Of a stretch of 64,000 nucleotides of DNA, positions 17,822 through 27,442 are shown piece after piece. The notes under the pieces were generated by a model that was not told the origin of the DNA, made no database searches, and saw only the letters and a program-made list of their open reading frames with translations. Position 1 is the first letter of the stretch. Every line of letters begins with the position of its first letter. The stretch spans positions 70,449-134,448 of the forward strand of contig JAYUQP010000040.1 in NCBI GenBank assembly GCA_043757265.1, given 5' to 3'. Made by a program: the position numbers and the translations under genes. The stretch comes from Bdellovibrionales bacterium (lineage in GTDB: Bacteria; Bdellovibrionota; Bdellovibrionia; Bdellovibrionales; JAGQZY01).

Positions 17822-18744
17822 CATTAGGCTATACAATTGATAAAACTGTCACCGAAGTTCTCAAAGCGAAGCCTTTTACTGTCTCAGCCGAAGTGGTACC
17901 GCCCAGAAATGGCGAAGATCAAACACACACTTTTACAAAACTAAAACGGATTATCGATTCTGGAGTGGATTTTTTATCCGTTACCAAAGGGGCGGGTGGA
18001 AGCTTACGCGGAGGGAGTCTGCCTATTGCGCAAGCGATTAAAGAAAAGCTTAATCGCCCTTGCATCGCCCATTTTACCTGTCGCGATTTGGTGCCGGAAG
18101 AGGTGGAGAATCTATTGATGGATCATCATTACTTTGGCATTCGAAATATCTTAGCACTTCGCGGCGATCCGCCCATGGGGCAGACCGATTGGAAACCCCG
18201 CGAGGGCGGGTACTCCTTCGCCTACGAGCTCGTTAACCACGTGATGAAAATGAACCGGGGCGAATTTTTAAAGCGCAAAGATTTTAATGTGGAAGCAGGC
18301 GAAAGGACGCAATTCTGCATCGGAGTTGCAGCCTACCCCGAGCATCCAAATCCAAAAGAACGACGAGAATTTATTAAGGCCAAGTTTGATGCCGGCGCCG
18401 AGTACGGAATTACGCAAATGCTTTTTGATCCCGAAAAATACGAACAATTTTTGAACGAAGTTCGTGCTATGGGATTTGCGCAACCGTTGTTGCCGGGTCT
18501 GAGAATTTTGAAATCAAAAAAACAAGCCAAAATCATGGAGCAGCGATTTCAGTGCTCGGTACCACCGTGGTACATGGACGAGCTCCCCGAAGACGGCCAA
18601 GAGGCGTCCATAGACAATATTTTGCAGCCCTTCTTCCGCCTTGTTGAGTCTTTAAAAGCGACGGGAGCCCACGGGGTGCACATGTTTGTACTTGCAGACA
18701 CCGACATAAATTGTGAAGCTATCATGAAGCTCTGTAGCAACTAA
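17818..18744 (+). CDS. metF: 5,10-methylenetetrahydrofolate reductase
   Basis: Contains SAEVVPPRNGED, LSVTKGAGGS, CIAHFTCRD and LALRGDPP. ATGA overlap with the upstream transferase. Confidence 0.8.
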   Translation: MTLGYTIDKTVTEVLKAKPFTVSAEVVPPRNGEDQTHTFTKLKRIIDSGVDFLSVTKGAGGSLRGGSLPIAQAIKEKLNRPCIAHFTCRDLVPEEVENLLMDHHYFGIRNILALRGDPPMGQTDWKPREGGYSFAYELVNHVMKMNRGEFLKRKDFNVEAGERTQFCIGVAAYPEHPNPKERREFIKAKFDAGAEYGITQMLFDPEKYEQFLNEVRAMGFAQPLLPGLRILKSKKQAKIMEQRFQCSVPPWYMDELPEDGQEASIDNILQPFFRLVESLKATGAHGVHMFVLADTDINCEAIMKLCSN

Positions 18745-18768
18745 AGCTTGAGCTACCAAGGAGAAATA

Positions 18769-20163
18769 ATGATTCCAGTGATTCTTTCCGGTGGTTCAGG
18801 AAGTCGATTGTGGCCTGTCTCGCGCTCGTCTTACCCCAAGCAATTCTGCGATATATTCGATGAGCCTCTTTTAGAAAAAACACTCAAACGAGTGATGGCA
18901 CTAGGCACACCTTACGTGATCACCGTAGAGGCGCTGCGCGTTCTCACTGATAAGTGCGTGGTCGATTTAGGAATGACAAGCGAGCAGGTGATTTACGAGC
19001 CGCTTGTAAAAAACACAGCTCCCGCGATCGCACTGATCTGTCAAAAAATGCTTTTAACAAAAAAAGAAAACGAAATTTTAGCGGTGTTCCCAGCTGATCA
19101 TATCATTGCCGACGAAAAAGAGTTTTTGAAAGTGATTGAATTTGCAAAACAGTGTGCAGAAAAAAATCAAATTGTGACGGTTGGAATCCAGCCCGATTAC
19201 GCGGCCACTGGATTTGGCTACATCGAGTGCGATGACGATGATTTTGCAAAAGACGATCACCTCAAGGCAAAACAGGTTAAGGGGTTTCGCGAAAAACCAA
19301 ATCTTGCCAACGCTGAAAAATTCTTGAGCGAAAAGAATTACGTTTGGAACGCAGGCATGTTTGTTTTCAAAGTTTCGACGATGATCGAAGCTTTCAAACT
19401 GCACATGCCCGAATTGTGGCTTATTGTTTCAACTTTGAAGAGCGACTTTTCTAATCTCAAAGCTGTGTATGAACAGGTTCCTTCCATCAGCATCGATTAC
19501 GGTATTATGGAAAAAGTCAGTAACCAGGTGTGTATTCCCTGTCGTATGGGCTGGAGTGATTTAGGGTCTTGGGATGATTTTGCCAAGCTGTTTAAAGATA
19601 AGGCTACAGTGGGAGCTAGTGCTTCAGATGTTCATGAAGTGCACAGCAAAGATAACTTTGTTTTTTCGCTCAAACAAAAGCTTGTGGGTTTAGTGGGCGT
19701 GAGCGACTTAATTGTGATCGATACGCCTGATGCATTGTTGATTTCGAAAAAAGGGTCATCCCAGGACATAAAAACTCTCGTAGAAGACCTCAACAAACAA
19801 AAAAATAAAAAGACCTCAGAGCATTCGTTTGATTTCCGCCCGTGGGGACAGTACGAAATTCTTTCGGACACTTCGGATTACAAAATCAAGGTGATCAGAG
19901 TAAACCCAGGTGCACAGTTGTCCTATCAATCCCACGAACATCGCAGTGAACACTGGGTGGTGATTGAGGGTGAGGGGGACGTAATAATTAACGAGCAAGC
20001 TTTGAGCGTATCGCCGGGAAGTTCCATCGTGATTCCCGAAAATTCTAAACACCGAATCAAAAATACCAGTACCAAAATTCTTCGCTTTGTCGAGGTTCAG
20101 ACAGGAGATTATTTTGGGGAGGACGATATTAAACGCTATCAGGATGACTATAAACGGGTCTAG
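18769..20163 (+). CDS. manC: Mannose-1-phosphate guanylyltransferase / mannose-6-phosphate isomerase (bifunctional type)
   Basis: The ATG at 18769 follows AAGGAG. Contains GGSGSRLWP and the C-terminal cupin sequence SYQSHEHRSEHWVV. The track TTG start at 18748 is probably too long. Confidence 0.92.
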   Translation: MIPVILSGGSGSRLWPVSRSSYPKQFCDIFDEPLLEKTLKRVMALGTPYVITVEALRVLTDKCVVDLGMTSEQVIYEPLVKNTAPAIALICQKMLLTKKENEILAVFPADHIIADEKEFLKVIEFAKQCAEKNQIVTVGIQPDYAATGFGYIECDDDDFAKDDHLKAKQVKGFREKPNLANAEKFLSEKNYVWNAGMFVFKVSTMIEAFKLHMPELWLIVSTLKSDFSNLKAVYEQVPSISIDYGIMEKVSNQVCIPCRMGWSDLGSWDDFAKLFKDKATVGASASDVHEVHSKDNFVFSLKQKLVGLVGVSDLIVIDTPDALLISKKGSSQDIKTLVEDLNKQKNKKTSEHSFDFRPWGQYEILSDTSDYKIKVIRVNPGAQLSYQSHEHRSEHWVVIEGEGDVIINEQALSVSPGSSIVIPENSKHRIKNTSTKILRFVEVQTGDYFGEDDIKRYQDDYKRV

Positions 20164-20297
20164 ATGAGGGCAAGATATCGGTCGATCGCTCCAGAATGCC
20201 GCGACATGGATTGCTGTGAACGATCGCACAAAAAGTCGTTTGACTTATAGAGGCAATATTATTTAATTAGGGCCTTCCGTTCTTTTACGACGCTATT

Positions 20298-21038
20298 TTG
20301 GAAGTAAAAACTCACAAAGGATTTTTCTTGGAAGCCATCAACGTTTCTGTTTTTCGTAAGATTAGAGCACCTTTTGATCGCTGGAAGGCCCAGCAAGCTC
20401 TCAAGAAGTTTCATTCTAAAAAACGTACAATTGCCGAAACGATAAATTACGCCATGAAGTTTCCATCTTCAGGATGTTTTAGAATTGATTCTATTCAGAT
20501 CCAAAGCGAGTTTAGCGCATTAGTTGAGCAAGTAAAATCTGAGTCTCCTAAGGTAATACTCGAAATAGGAACAGCGCGAGGAGGAACACTGTTTGCTTGG
20601 TCTCAGCTTGCATCAGATCTAGTTTTAAGTTGCGATCTCAATGGCCCAGGATACAAAGAAGATCTTTATAAAAAACTCCCACCACCGGATTCCAACTGCA
20701 AAATAATTGCCTTACAAGGAAATTCCCATGATCCTCTCTTCAAAGCGTCTGTCAAAAAACATCTGAATGCACAGCTTGTGGATTTTCTCTTTTTAGATGG
20801 AGATCACACCGAAAGTGGAGTCGAACAAGACTTCAACGACTATATCGAATTTGTTCGCCCAGGCGGCTTAGTGGCTTTTCATGATATCGTCGAGAGGCAG
20901 CCTTATCCAACGAACCAAGTCTACTATTTTTGGTCCAGAATTAAAAATAACTATAAGTTTACGGAATATATCGCCGAAGCTTCTCAATGTGGCTTCGGTA
21001 TTGGAGTCCTTAAGGTTCCGGTGACGCCGAAGCACTAA
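20298..21038 (+). CDS. Class I SAM methyltransferase, CmcI / rhamnosyl O-methyltransferase-like
   Basis: Contains VILEIGTARGGTLFAW and LFLDGDHTESGVEQDFNDYIEFVRPGGLVAFHDI. TTG start is uncertain. Confidence 0.65.
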   Translation: MEVKTHKGFFLEAINVSVFRKIRAPFDRWKAQQALKKFHSKKRTIAETINYAMKFPSSGCFRIDSIQIQSEFSALVEQVKSESPKVILEIGTARGGTLFAWSQLASDLVLSCDLNGPGYKEDLYKKLPPPDSNCKIIALQGNSHDPLFKASVKKHLNAQLVDFLFLDGDHTESGVEQDFNDYIEFVRPGGLVAFHDIVERQPYPTNQVYYFWSRIKNNYKFTEYIAEASQCGFGIGVLKVPVTPKH

Positions 21039-21245
21039 TACGCAGTTCTCATCTCCAATGGCGTCGCCAGCTATGATAGGATCATCATTCGGTCCAACTC
21101 CAATGCAAAGTAAAGATCTTTCTTAACGGGTCTTTCGCTCGCTCTGTTCTTCTGCTTTCTTGTCGGCCTGGTTGCGGTCATCTTGACGCCCGTTTTGAAC
21201 GCTAAAAATTGCAGACATTCCATTTGAACTTGGCTATACAAAGAA

Positions 21246-23081
21246 ATGTTCAAAAACGCTTCGAAACTAATACAATTCATTCGACCCTTTAAGGGCGAAG
21301 TGATCTTTGTTTTTGTGTCCGGCTTTGTGTTGGGAATTGTTTCAACGTTTCCCACATTCTTGGCGGGAGTTCTTACCAATGCACTAGAAAAAAAGAGTTT
21401 AGCGAGTAAATTACCAATGTGGGCTTTAAATTGGCTTCATGGTCAATTTGGCGAAGAGCTTGTCTCACGTCTTGCTTTGGATCACAGATTTCAGCTACAG
21501 GTAATTGCCATTAGTTTTCCTGTGGTTTTTTTAATCCTAGGAGTCGTTCGGTATGTAAATCACTATCGAGGGCGCTATGTAGCAGAAAAAATCAGCAATG
21601 AATTGCGTTATGAGCTATTGAATCGACTAGTCGCCTTAAACCATCAATTTTTTCTCAATTTGCAAGCGGGATCGGGAAGTCTTTTGAGTCGAACACTCAA
21701 TGATACTCTTGTCATTCAGCAGGGTTTAAATCTTTACACAGATCTCATCCGTGAGCCATTCGTCGCTATTACAAGTTTAGCACTGATGTTGTATGTCGAC
21801 TTCAAACTCACAGTGATTTGTTTGGTTTGTTCTCCCATCGTGATTTTTGTAACCCAGACGGTGAGCCGTCGGCTGCGTAAACTTGCGGGTGAAAGCCAAG
21901 AGAATCTCGATATGTTGACAAAAATATTCAAAGAGTCAATCGACGGCATGCGTGTGATCCATGCGTACAACCTCGAAGACTACGTGCGAACAAGATTTCG
22001 CCAAAAGGTGAACCAATATAACAGTATTCGTAGAAAAGTCTCAAAACGCATGGAGGTTGCCAGTCCGATCAATGAGTTCGTGGTGTCGTTTGTGGTGGGT
22101 GGACTTTGTTGGTATGTCGGGAAGTTGATTCTCAAGGGTGAGTCGGATCTTTCTTCATTCATAACATTTATTTTTCTTGCAGCAAACTTACAAAATCCTT
22201 TTAAAAAAATTCAACAAGCTATCGTTGGTATCCAAAATACAGAAGTGAGCATACTAAGAGTGATGCAAGTTATCGAAAGTCAGGATGTGATTACAGAAAA
22301 ACCGAAGCATCTGCTCAAAGAGTTTCCGCAAAATTGGAAGTTCATAGAATTTAGAAATGTTTCTTTCAACTATGGTGAAAAGAGCATTTTACAGAATATT
22401 AATTTAACGGTGCAGCGGGCGCAGACTATTGCTCTTGTTGGAGAGAGTGGTGGTGGAAAGTCTACGATGGTCAATCTGTTAGAGCGATTTTTTGACCCCA
22501 CGGAAGGTTCTATTTTAATTGATGGCATTGATATCCGAGAGTTTTCGCTAAAACGCCTTAGAGACGAAATCGCCTACGTTTCGCAAGATACGTTTATTTT
22601 TGACGAAACCATCGAAGAGAATATTCGGTTTAGCGATATGAGTAAATCCCACGAAAAAATGAGAGAAGCGGCACAAAAGGCCAACGCTTTGCCATTTATC
22701 GAAGACAAACCCCTGGGCTTTAGTGCGCGCACGGGAGAGCGGGGTGCGCAACTTTCTGGCGGCCAAAAACAACGCTTGAGCATCGCGCGGGCTCTTTTTA
22801 AGGACGCGCCTATTCTGATACTCGATGAGGCCACAAGTGCGTTAGACTCAGCGAGTGAAGCTGAAGTTCAAAAAGGTATATCGTCGTTGTTGATGAATCG
22901 AACGTCATTTGTTGTGGCGCATAGGCTTTCGACCATTCAATCTGCAGACCTGATCGTTGTTCTTGAAAAGGGCAAGATTGTAGAAATGGGTCGCCATAGC
23001 GACTTGATAAAGATCGACAATTACTACGCCCGCTACTACAAGCTGCAAGAGATCTCCAATCAGAGAAATCAACCTGGTTGA
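21246..23081 (+). CDS. msbA: MsbA-like ABC exporter (fused permease and ATPase)
   Basis: 611 aa. Six-TM N-terminal domain, Walker A GESGGGKST, signature LSGGQKQRLSIARA and Walker B ILILDEATS. Confidence 0.85.
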   Translation: MFKNASKLIQFIRPFKGEVIFVFVSGFVLGIVSTFPTFLAGVLTNALEKKSLASKLPMWALNWLHGQFGEELVSRLALDHRFQLQVIAISFPVVFLILGVVRYVNHYRGRYVAEKISNELRYELLNRLVALNHQFFLNLQAGSGSLLSRTLNDTLVIQQGLNLYTDLIREPFVAITSLALMLYVDFKLTVICLVCSPIVIFVTQTVSRRLRKLAGESQENLDMLTKIFKESIDGMRVIHAYNLEDYVRTRFRQKVNQYNSIRRKVSKRMEVASPINEFVVSFVVGGLCWYVGKLILKGESDLSSFITFIFLAANLQNPFKKIQQAIVGIQNTEVSILRVMQVIESQDVITEKPKHLLKEFPQNWKFIEFRNVSFNYGEKSILQNINLTVQRAQTIALVGESGGGKSTMVNLLERFFDPTEGSILIDGIDIREFSLKRLRDEIAYVSQDTFIFDETIEENIRFSDMSKSHEKMREAAQKANALPFIEDKPLGFSARTGERGAQLSGGQKQRLSIARALFKDAPILILDEATSALDSASEAEVQKGISSLLMNRTSFVVAHRLSTIQSADLIVVLEKGKIVEMGRHSDLIKIDNYYARYYKLQEISNQRNQPG

Positions 23082-23119
23082 CCCTACTCTCTAGCATTCC
23101 AGACTAAAACCAAAGTCGA

Positions 23120-23145
23120 GACCCTTCACTCCGCTCAGGATGACG
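23120..23145 (-). repeat. REP-like repeat, copy 3
   Basis: gacccttcactccgctcaggatgacg matches copy 1 at 21 of 26 positions. It lies at a convergent gene junction and contains the stop codon plus the last 3 codons of the 23135.. gene. Confidence 0.65.
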
Positions 23146-24136
23146 GTGGATTTTTCATCTGCCGTACGTGCTGTAATACAGTCTGAGCGCGCTGTACATC
23201 TGTGTGAAATGAGCGCAAGTGTTGTTGTCCTGCTTTTGCGATCGATTCGCGTTCGGATTCGTTTTTTAGATAGTAGCGACATAAATCTAGCAGATCCGAA
23301 AGATCATCTTTGCAGTGGATCACATGTTTGCCATTTTCGAAATCATTGGGGAACTGGATTCCAGATTTTTGAGTGATCATAAGACTACCGACGGCTGGTG
23401 CTTCCCAATACCGCATGGTATCCCAGCCCCCGCCGCGAAAATTTAATACAATCTTACAGCGTGCTAGTTCTTGGAGATAAAAGAGGCCTTTTCGTTTATA
23501 GTAGTGAAAGCGTTGATTGCGAACAGTGCCGTTTTTTTCGCAATCAAATTGAGTCTCGAGCAACTGCAGCGCTTGCGTACGGGTTGGGTAGCTTTCTACA
23601 GCCCAAAAGCTAACATCGTACTTTTTTTCATTTGGCAGGCGTTTTGGAAGGCGGTCCAAATTCATGCAAAATGGCAAAGGCAGGATCCGACTTTCAAAGG
23701 TGGCATCAGCAAAGTATTCGCGCTTAAAAATGAGATCAAACGGTCGTTTTTTTTCTGTTTCGGCAAACGAATAGGTCGACTTGTTGTGCTGGAGATCAGC
23801 TCCGACTTCCGGTTGGTCGCCGCCATCGATAAGTACCACAGGAGTGTCGGTCGGAATTTTGTGCATAATTTGGTGGTAGGCATCGAATGCTAAATGTTTG
23901 CAGGAACCAACGATGACCAAGTCGACCTGTGATGGAATAGACGAGCACATGCGTTTCCAATTGTGCCAGCCACGATTCAATCCCAGATTGCGTGGGTATT
24001 TTTTATCTACAAAATGAAATCGTCTATTGAATGGGAAGTCGTAAACATTTTCCGCTCCGCAAGATTTAATAAGCCCCGAGTAAAGGAGGTCCTGCAAGTA
24101 GTCACTTTCGGAAGAATTTATGTATAAGACTTTCAT
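23135..24136 (-). CDS. Glycosyltransferase, CgeB-like (Glyco_trans_1_2 type C-terminus)
   Basis: Contains LNFRGGGWDTMRYWEAPAVGSLMITQ and a C-terminal helical region. Start placed at MKVLYINS; the alternative is 24172. Confidence 0.65.
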   Translation of the reverse strand: MKVLYINSSESDYLQDLLYSGLIKSCGAENVYDFPFNRRFHFVDKKYPRNLGLNRGWHNWKRMCSSIPSQVDLVIVGSCKHLAFDAYHQIMHKIPTDTPVVLIDGGDQPEVGADLQHNKSTYSFAETEKKRPFDLIFKREYFADATFESRILPLPFCMNLDRLPKRLPNEKKYDVSFWAVESYPTRTQALQLLETQFDCEKNGTVRNQRFHYYKRKGLFYLQELARCKIVLNFRGGGWDTMRYWEAPAVGSLMITQKSGIQFPNDFENGKHVIHCKDDLSDLLDLCRYYLKNESERESIAKAGQQHLRSFHTDVQRAQTVLQHVRQMKNPPSS

Positions 24137-24234
24137 AAGGTGGCTAAGTATATAGAATGGGATTTGGCCCATGGCAACATGCTCTGTGCTTGGTGATTGC
24201 TATCGCCCCCCTAATTTTATACAAATTTGGGATT

Positions 24235-25137
24235 ATGGAAATATTAGACTACGAAGTTTATACCAACAAAAATGGATATTTAGCTGCCAATCCAGGGTTT
24301 GCACCAAAAATGTCCATCGTCGTGGCTTTTTACAACAGCGTGCGCTTTTTTGATATTCAAATGGCCAGTCTCGAATGCCAGACATTTAAAAATTTCGAAG
24401 TGGTTATTTGTGATGATGGGTCACGGCCCGAAGTCGTTGCGCACGTAAGAAGTTACATGAAAAAGCATCGCCTATTGATGCATCACTTCTGGCACAAAGA
24501 TGATGGCTGGAGAAAAGTGGAAATGCTTAATAAAGCCATCGCTAATTGTACGACTGATTATCTTTTGATGGTGGATCAAGATTGTGTCTTGCACCCCGAG
24601 TTTGTTGGTGAGCATTTTGCGGCAAAGGCACCAAATACAGCGCTAGCAGGACGCCGGGTGGAATTAACGCCGTGGCTTTCGAATTTCATTACTCCAGAGA
24701 GAGTTCGCAGTGGATATTTGAAGTGGAATTATGGCTGGATGATTTTCTTTTTGTTTTTTCAAAAAAATTCGCAGTGGCGCCGAGCAATTTATATAAAAAA
24801 TAAATTTTTGCGTCGTAAACTCAATCAGAAAAGCCGCTCCATCTTGGGTTGTAATGTTTCTTACAACAAAGCTGATTTGGAAAAAATAAACGGTGTGGAT
24901 ATGAGTTTTTCCGAGTCATGTGGTGCCGAGGATTCAGACATCGACATCCGCCTGCGAAATGCCGGAGTGGAGATTCGCTCGCTTTGTTACGTGGCAGTTC
25001 AGTATCACCTCTACCATACGATTCGCAAGGTTGATGGAGACTTGCCGGAGGTTTTTGCCCGGCACAAACGAGACCGCATCGTAAAAACTACCAAGGGATT
25101 AAATTTGATCCAACCTGTGTCTTGGAAAAATTTATGA
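24235..25137 (+). CDS. Family 2 glycosyltransferase
   Basis: Contains SIVVAFYNSVRFF...FEVVICDDGS and DQDC (DxD). Start is ambiguous (24157, 24235 or 24310). Confidence 0.8.
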   Translation: MEILDYEVYTNKNGYLAANPGFAPKMSIVVAFYNSVRFFDIQMASLECQTFKNFEVVICDDGSRPEVVAHVRSYMKKHRLLMHHFWHKDDGWRKVEMLNKAIANCTTDYLLMVDQDCVLHPEFVGEHFAAKAPNTALAGRRVELTPWLSNFITPERVRSGYLKWNYGWMIFFLFFQKNSQWRRAIYIKNKFLRRKLNQKSRSILGCNVSYNKADLEKINGVDMSFSESCGAEDSDIDIRLRNAGVEIRSLCYVAVQYHLYHTIRKVDGDLPEVFARHKRDRIVKTTKGLNLIQPVSWKNL

Positions 25138-26210
25138 AGACATCAGTTGCAGTAGTTTGCTTTTCAACAAACAAAGGTGGAATGGAGCTTAACTCCATAG
25201 GTCTTGCGCGGCTCTTGAAGCGGCAGCACGAGGTCACAGTTATTTGCCGCGCGGGAAGCTTTATTGAGACGGCTCAGAAAAGTTTGCAAAAAGAGGGCAT
25301 CGATTTGGTGAGTATTCCTTTTTACGGAAATTTGAGCATTCGCTGTATTTGGCAGATGCGAAAAATTCTCAAATCTCAAAACATCAAAAACATCATTTTT
25401 TTTGGTGCTTCAGAACTAAAGTCTATTTCCTTAGCTACTATAGGGTTGCCCGTGCACATTTTAAATTTTCACGGGACAACGAAAAACCACAGTAAAAAAG
25501 ATCCGCTGAACGCCTTGATCTATAAATGCGTTCGCTACCATATTGCGGTGAGCGAGCACATTAAAAAAAATGTGCTCAACATCATCCCCGGCTCCACGCT
25601 GGAGAATGTAAAAGTTGTATATCTGCCCTGCGATCATAGTTTTTCTTCAGCAAAAATATTAACCTCGCCGGTTCAAGTGGTTCATGTCGGAAGAATTGCT
25701 AAGGGCAAGGGCCATATGGATTGCTTGGACGTGATTGAAACTATCTCGCAAAGCATAGATGTGAGTTTGTGCTTTGTTGGTGGTGATGAAGACGGGACGG
25801 TTAGAGATCAGTTACAAAAGCAGATGAAGTGCAAACCAAATTTATCCAAAATCGTCCACTTTGCTGGCTTTCAAAAAGAAGTGCAGACCTACCTGGCCAC
25901 TGCGCAATTTTTGCTCTTCCCTTCGCGCGGCGAAGGGTTACCTAATACTTTGATCGAAGCCTTTCGTGCAAAAGTATTACCTGTCACATACGACAATACT
26001 GTTTTTCCGGAGTTTCTTTCTTTGGGATTTGATTTCCCGCAAGTGGCTGATGGTGATGTTAATGCTCTAAAAGAAATCAGTTTATCAACATTTACAATGT
26101 CGCCCGAGCTTTACTCTCAAAAAGTAGAGAACAACTATAAACTTGCGGCAAAGTTCTTTTCCGGTGACAGTGTGCTCGCATCGTACAATCAGTTACTAGA
26201 GCCCAACTAA
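25134..26210 (+). CDS. GT-B glycosyltransferase (GT4-like)
   Basis: ATGA overlap with the upstream gene. C-terminal motif LFPSRGEGLPNTLIEAF. Confidence 0.82.
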   Translation: MKTSVAVVCFSTNKGGMELNSIGLARLLKRQHEVTVICRAGSFIETAQKSLQKEGIDLVSIPFYGNLSIRCIWQMRKILKSQNIKNIIFFGASELKSISLATIGLPVHILNFHGTTKNHSKKDPLNALIYKCVRYHIAVSEHIKKNVLNIIPGSTLENVKVVYLPCDHSFSSAKILTSPVQVVHVGRIAKGKGHMDCLDVIETISQSIDVSLCFVGGDEDGTVRDQLQKQMKCKPNLSKIVHFAGFQKEVQTYLATAQFLLFPSRGEGLPNTLIEAFRAKVLPVTYDNTVFPEFLSLGFDFPQVADGDVNALKEISLSTFTMSPELYSQKVENNYKLAAKFFSGDSVLASYNQLLEPN

Positions 26211-26442
26211 GAGGTCGTTCGCGCCGGGTTCAAATACTTGCCTATCTGAGGGGCGACTTCGTAGGATGGGTTGAGACGCAGATTGGGAAAAATTGAGATG
26301 AGTTTGTACATAAGAGGAAACAGTTTACGGGCGCGTAAAAAAATGAACTTTTTTCGAACACTATATAGCTCGGCCGATTTCTCACTCCTGGCGCCTCAAC
26401 TTCGCGATATTTATGTATTGTCATATAGGATGAATCCATGAG

Positions 26443-27378
26443 ATGGATTCTTACGTGGACACACAAGGGTTAAACATTTTAATCACCGGCGGCGCAGGGT
26501 TTATCGGGACCCATCTTGCACGGGTATTATTACAAAAATCTCACAAGGTGAGCTCATGGGATATTCGTAAGCCGCTGTACGAAGTCATCGGAGTGAATTA
26601 CCAACACAGAGATATTAGAAAACTTTCAGAATTCAAAAGCGAAATCGCACAATTTGATCTCATTTATCACTTTGCGGCAGTGGTGAGTGTCCCCCTTTGC
26701 AAAGAGGATCCAGTAGGCTCATTTGAGACCAATGTTTCAACCACCCTTCAACTCTGTGAGTTGATTCGGCAAAATGGTCGCAAAATTCCAATGGTTTTTG
26801 CAAGCAGTAGTGCAGTGTATGGCCATTTGGGTGACCAGCTTGCTAGTGAAGAAGAATTATTGGGACCATCCTTGAGCTTGTATTCGACCCATAAACGCAG
26901 TTGCGAAGACCTCATCAATAACTACCGCTCCTTTTATAAACTGCCTTTTTTAAATCTACGATTTTTTAATGTGTACGGCCAGGGCCAGGATCCAAAGTCC
27001 ACTTATAGTGGCGTCATGACCCTATTTTCTGTGGCTGTAAAAAACTCGCAGCCGTTGCGTATTTTTGGCGACGGAACTGCGACCCGAGACTTTGTTCGGG
27101 TGGAAGACGTGGCGCAGGTGTGTCTGGAAGCGGGTACCGAGCTTGTCCAGAAAAATGACAAGTGGGTTTCGCTCAAGGCGCTGAATGTGGCAACGGGTGT
27201 GCCTCTCACTATTCGTCAGCTTGCTGAACTCTATGTAAAAAAAGAGAACAAAAGTGTATCGCTCATCCAGATGGTAGACCCGCGCGAGGGAGATATTCAC
27301 TATTCGTGTGCGAATACTTCGCTTTTAAAAAAAATGACTGGATGCACCCTTACACCGGTATCTACTGAGACGATCTGA
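26443..27378 (+). CDS. NAD-dependent sugar epimerase/dehydratase (extended SDR)
   Basis: Contains ILITGGAGFIGTHL and the catalytic YSTHK. Confidence 0.85.
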   Translation: MDSYVDTQGLNILITGGAGFIGTHLARVLLQKSHKVSSWDIRKPLYEVIGVNYQHRDIRKLSEFKSEIAQFDLIYHFAAVVSVPLCKEDPVGSFETNVSTTLQLCELIRQNGRKIPMVFASSSAVYGHLGDQLASEEELLGPSLSLYSTHKRSCEDLINNYRSFYKLPFLNLRFFNVYGQGQDPKSTYSGVMTLFSVAVKNSQPLRIFGDGTATRDFVRVEDVAQVCLEAGTELVQKNDKWVSLKALNVATGVPLTIRQLAELYVKKENKSVSLIQMVDPREGDIHYSCANTSLLKKMTGCTLTPVSTETI

Positions 27379-27442
27379 CATAATGCATTAACTGCATGTC
27401 TTCTTGATTTAGAACCTCCATAGCACCTAGTGTTGGGCCACT

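Noticed and set aside
19816-20229. 137-aa minus-strand ORF antisense to the manC C-terminus
   Set aside because: The manC cupin domain on the + strand is unambiguous, so the antisense ORF is a shadow.
20164-20297. Possible promoter TTGACT...TATTTA upstream of the CmcI-like methyltransferase
   Set aside because: The spacing (14 nt) and the -10 match (3 of 6) are poor. This is not strong enough to report as a feature.
21071-21379. 102-aa minus-strand ORF overlapping the msbA start
   Set aside because: It overlaps a well-supported ABC exporter N-terminus. It has no RBS and no recognisable motif.
23471-23893. 140-aa + strand ORF inside the CgeB-like glycosyltransferase gene, together with 23140..23376 and 23398..23613
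   Set aside because: These are antisense to a 334-345 aa ORF that has a recognisable GT C-terminal motif.
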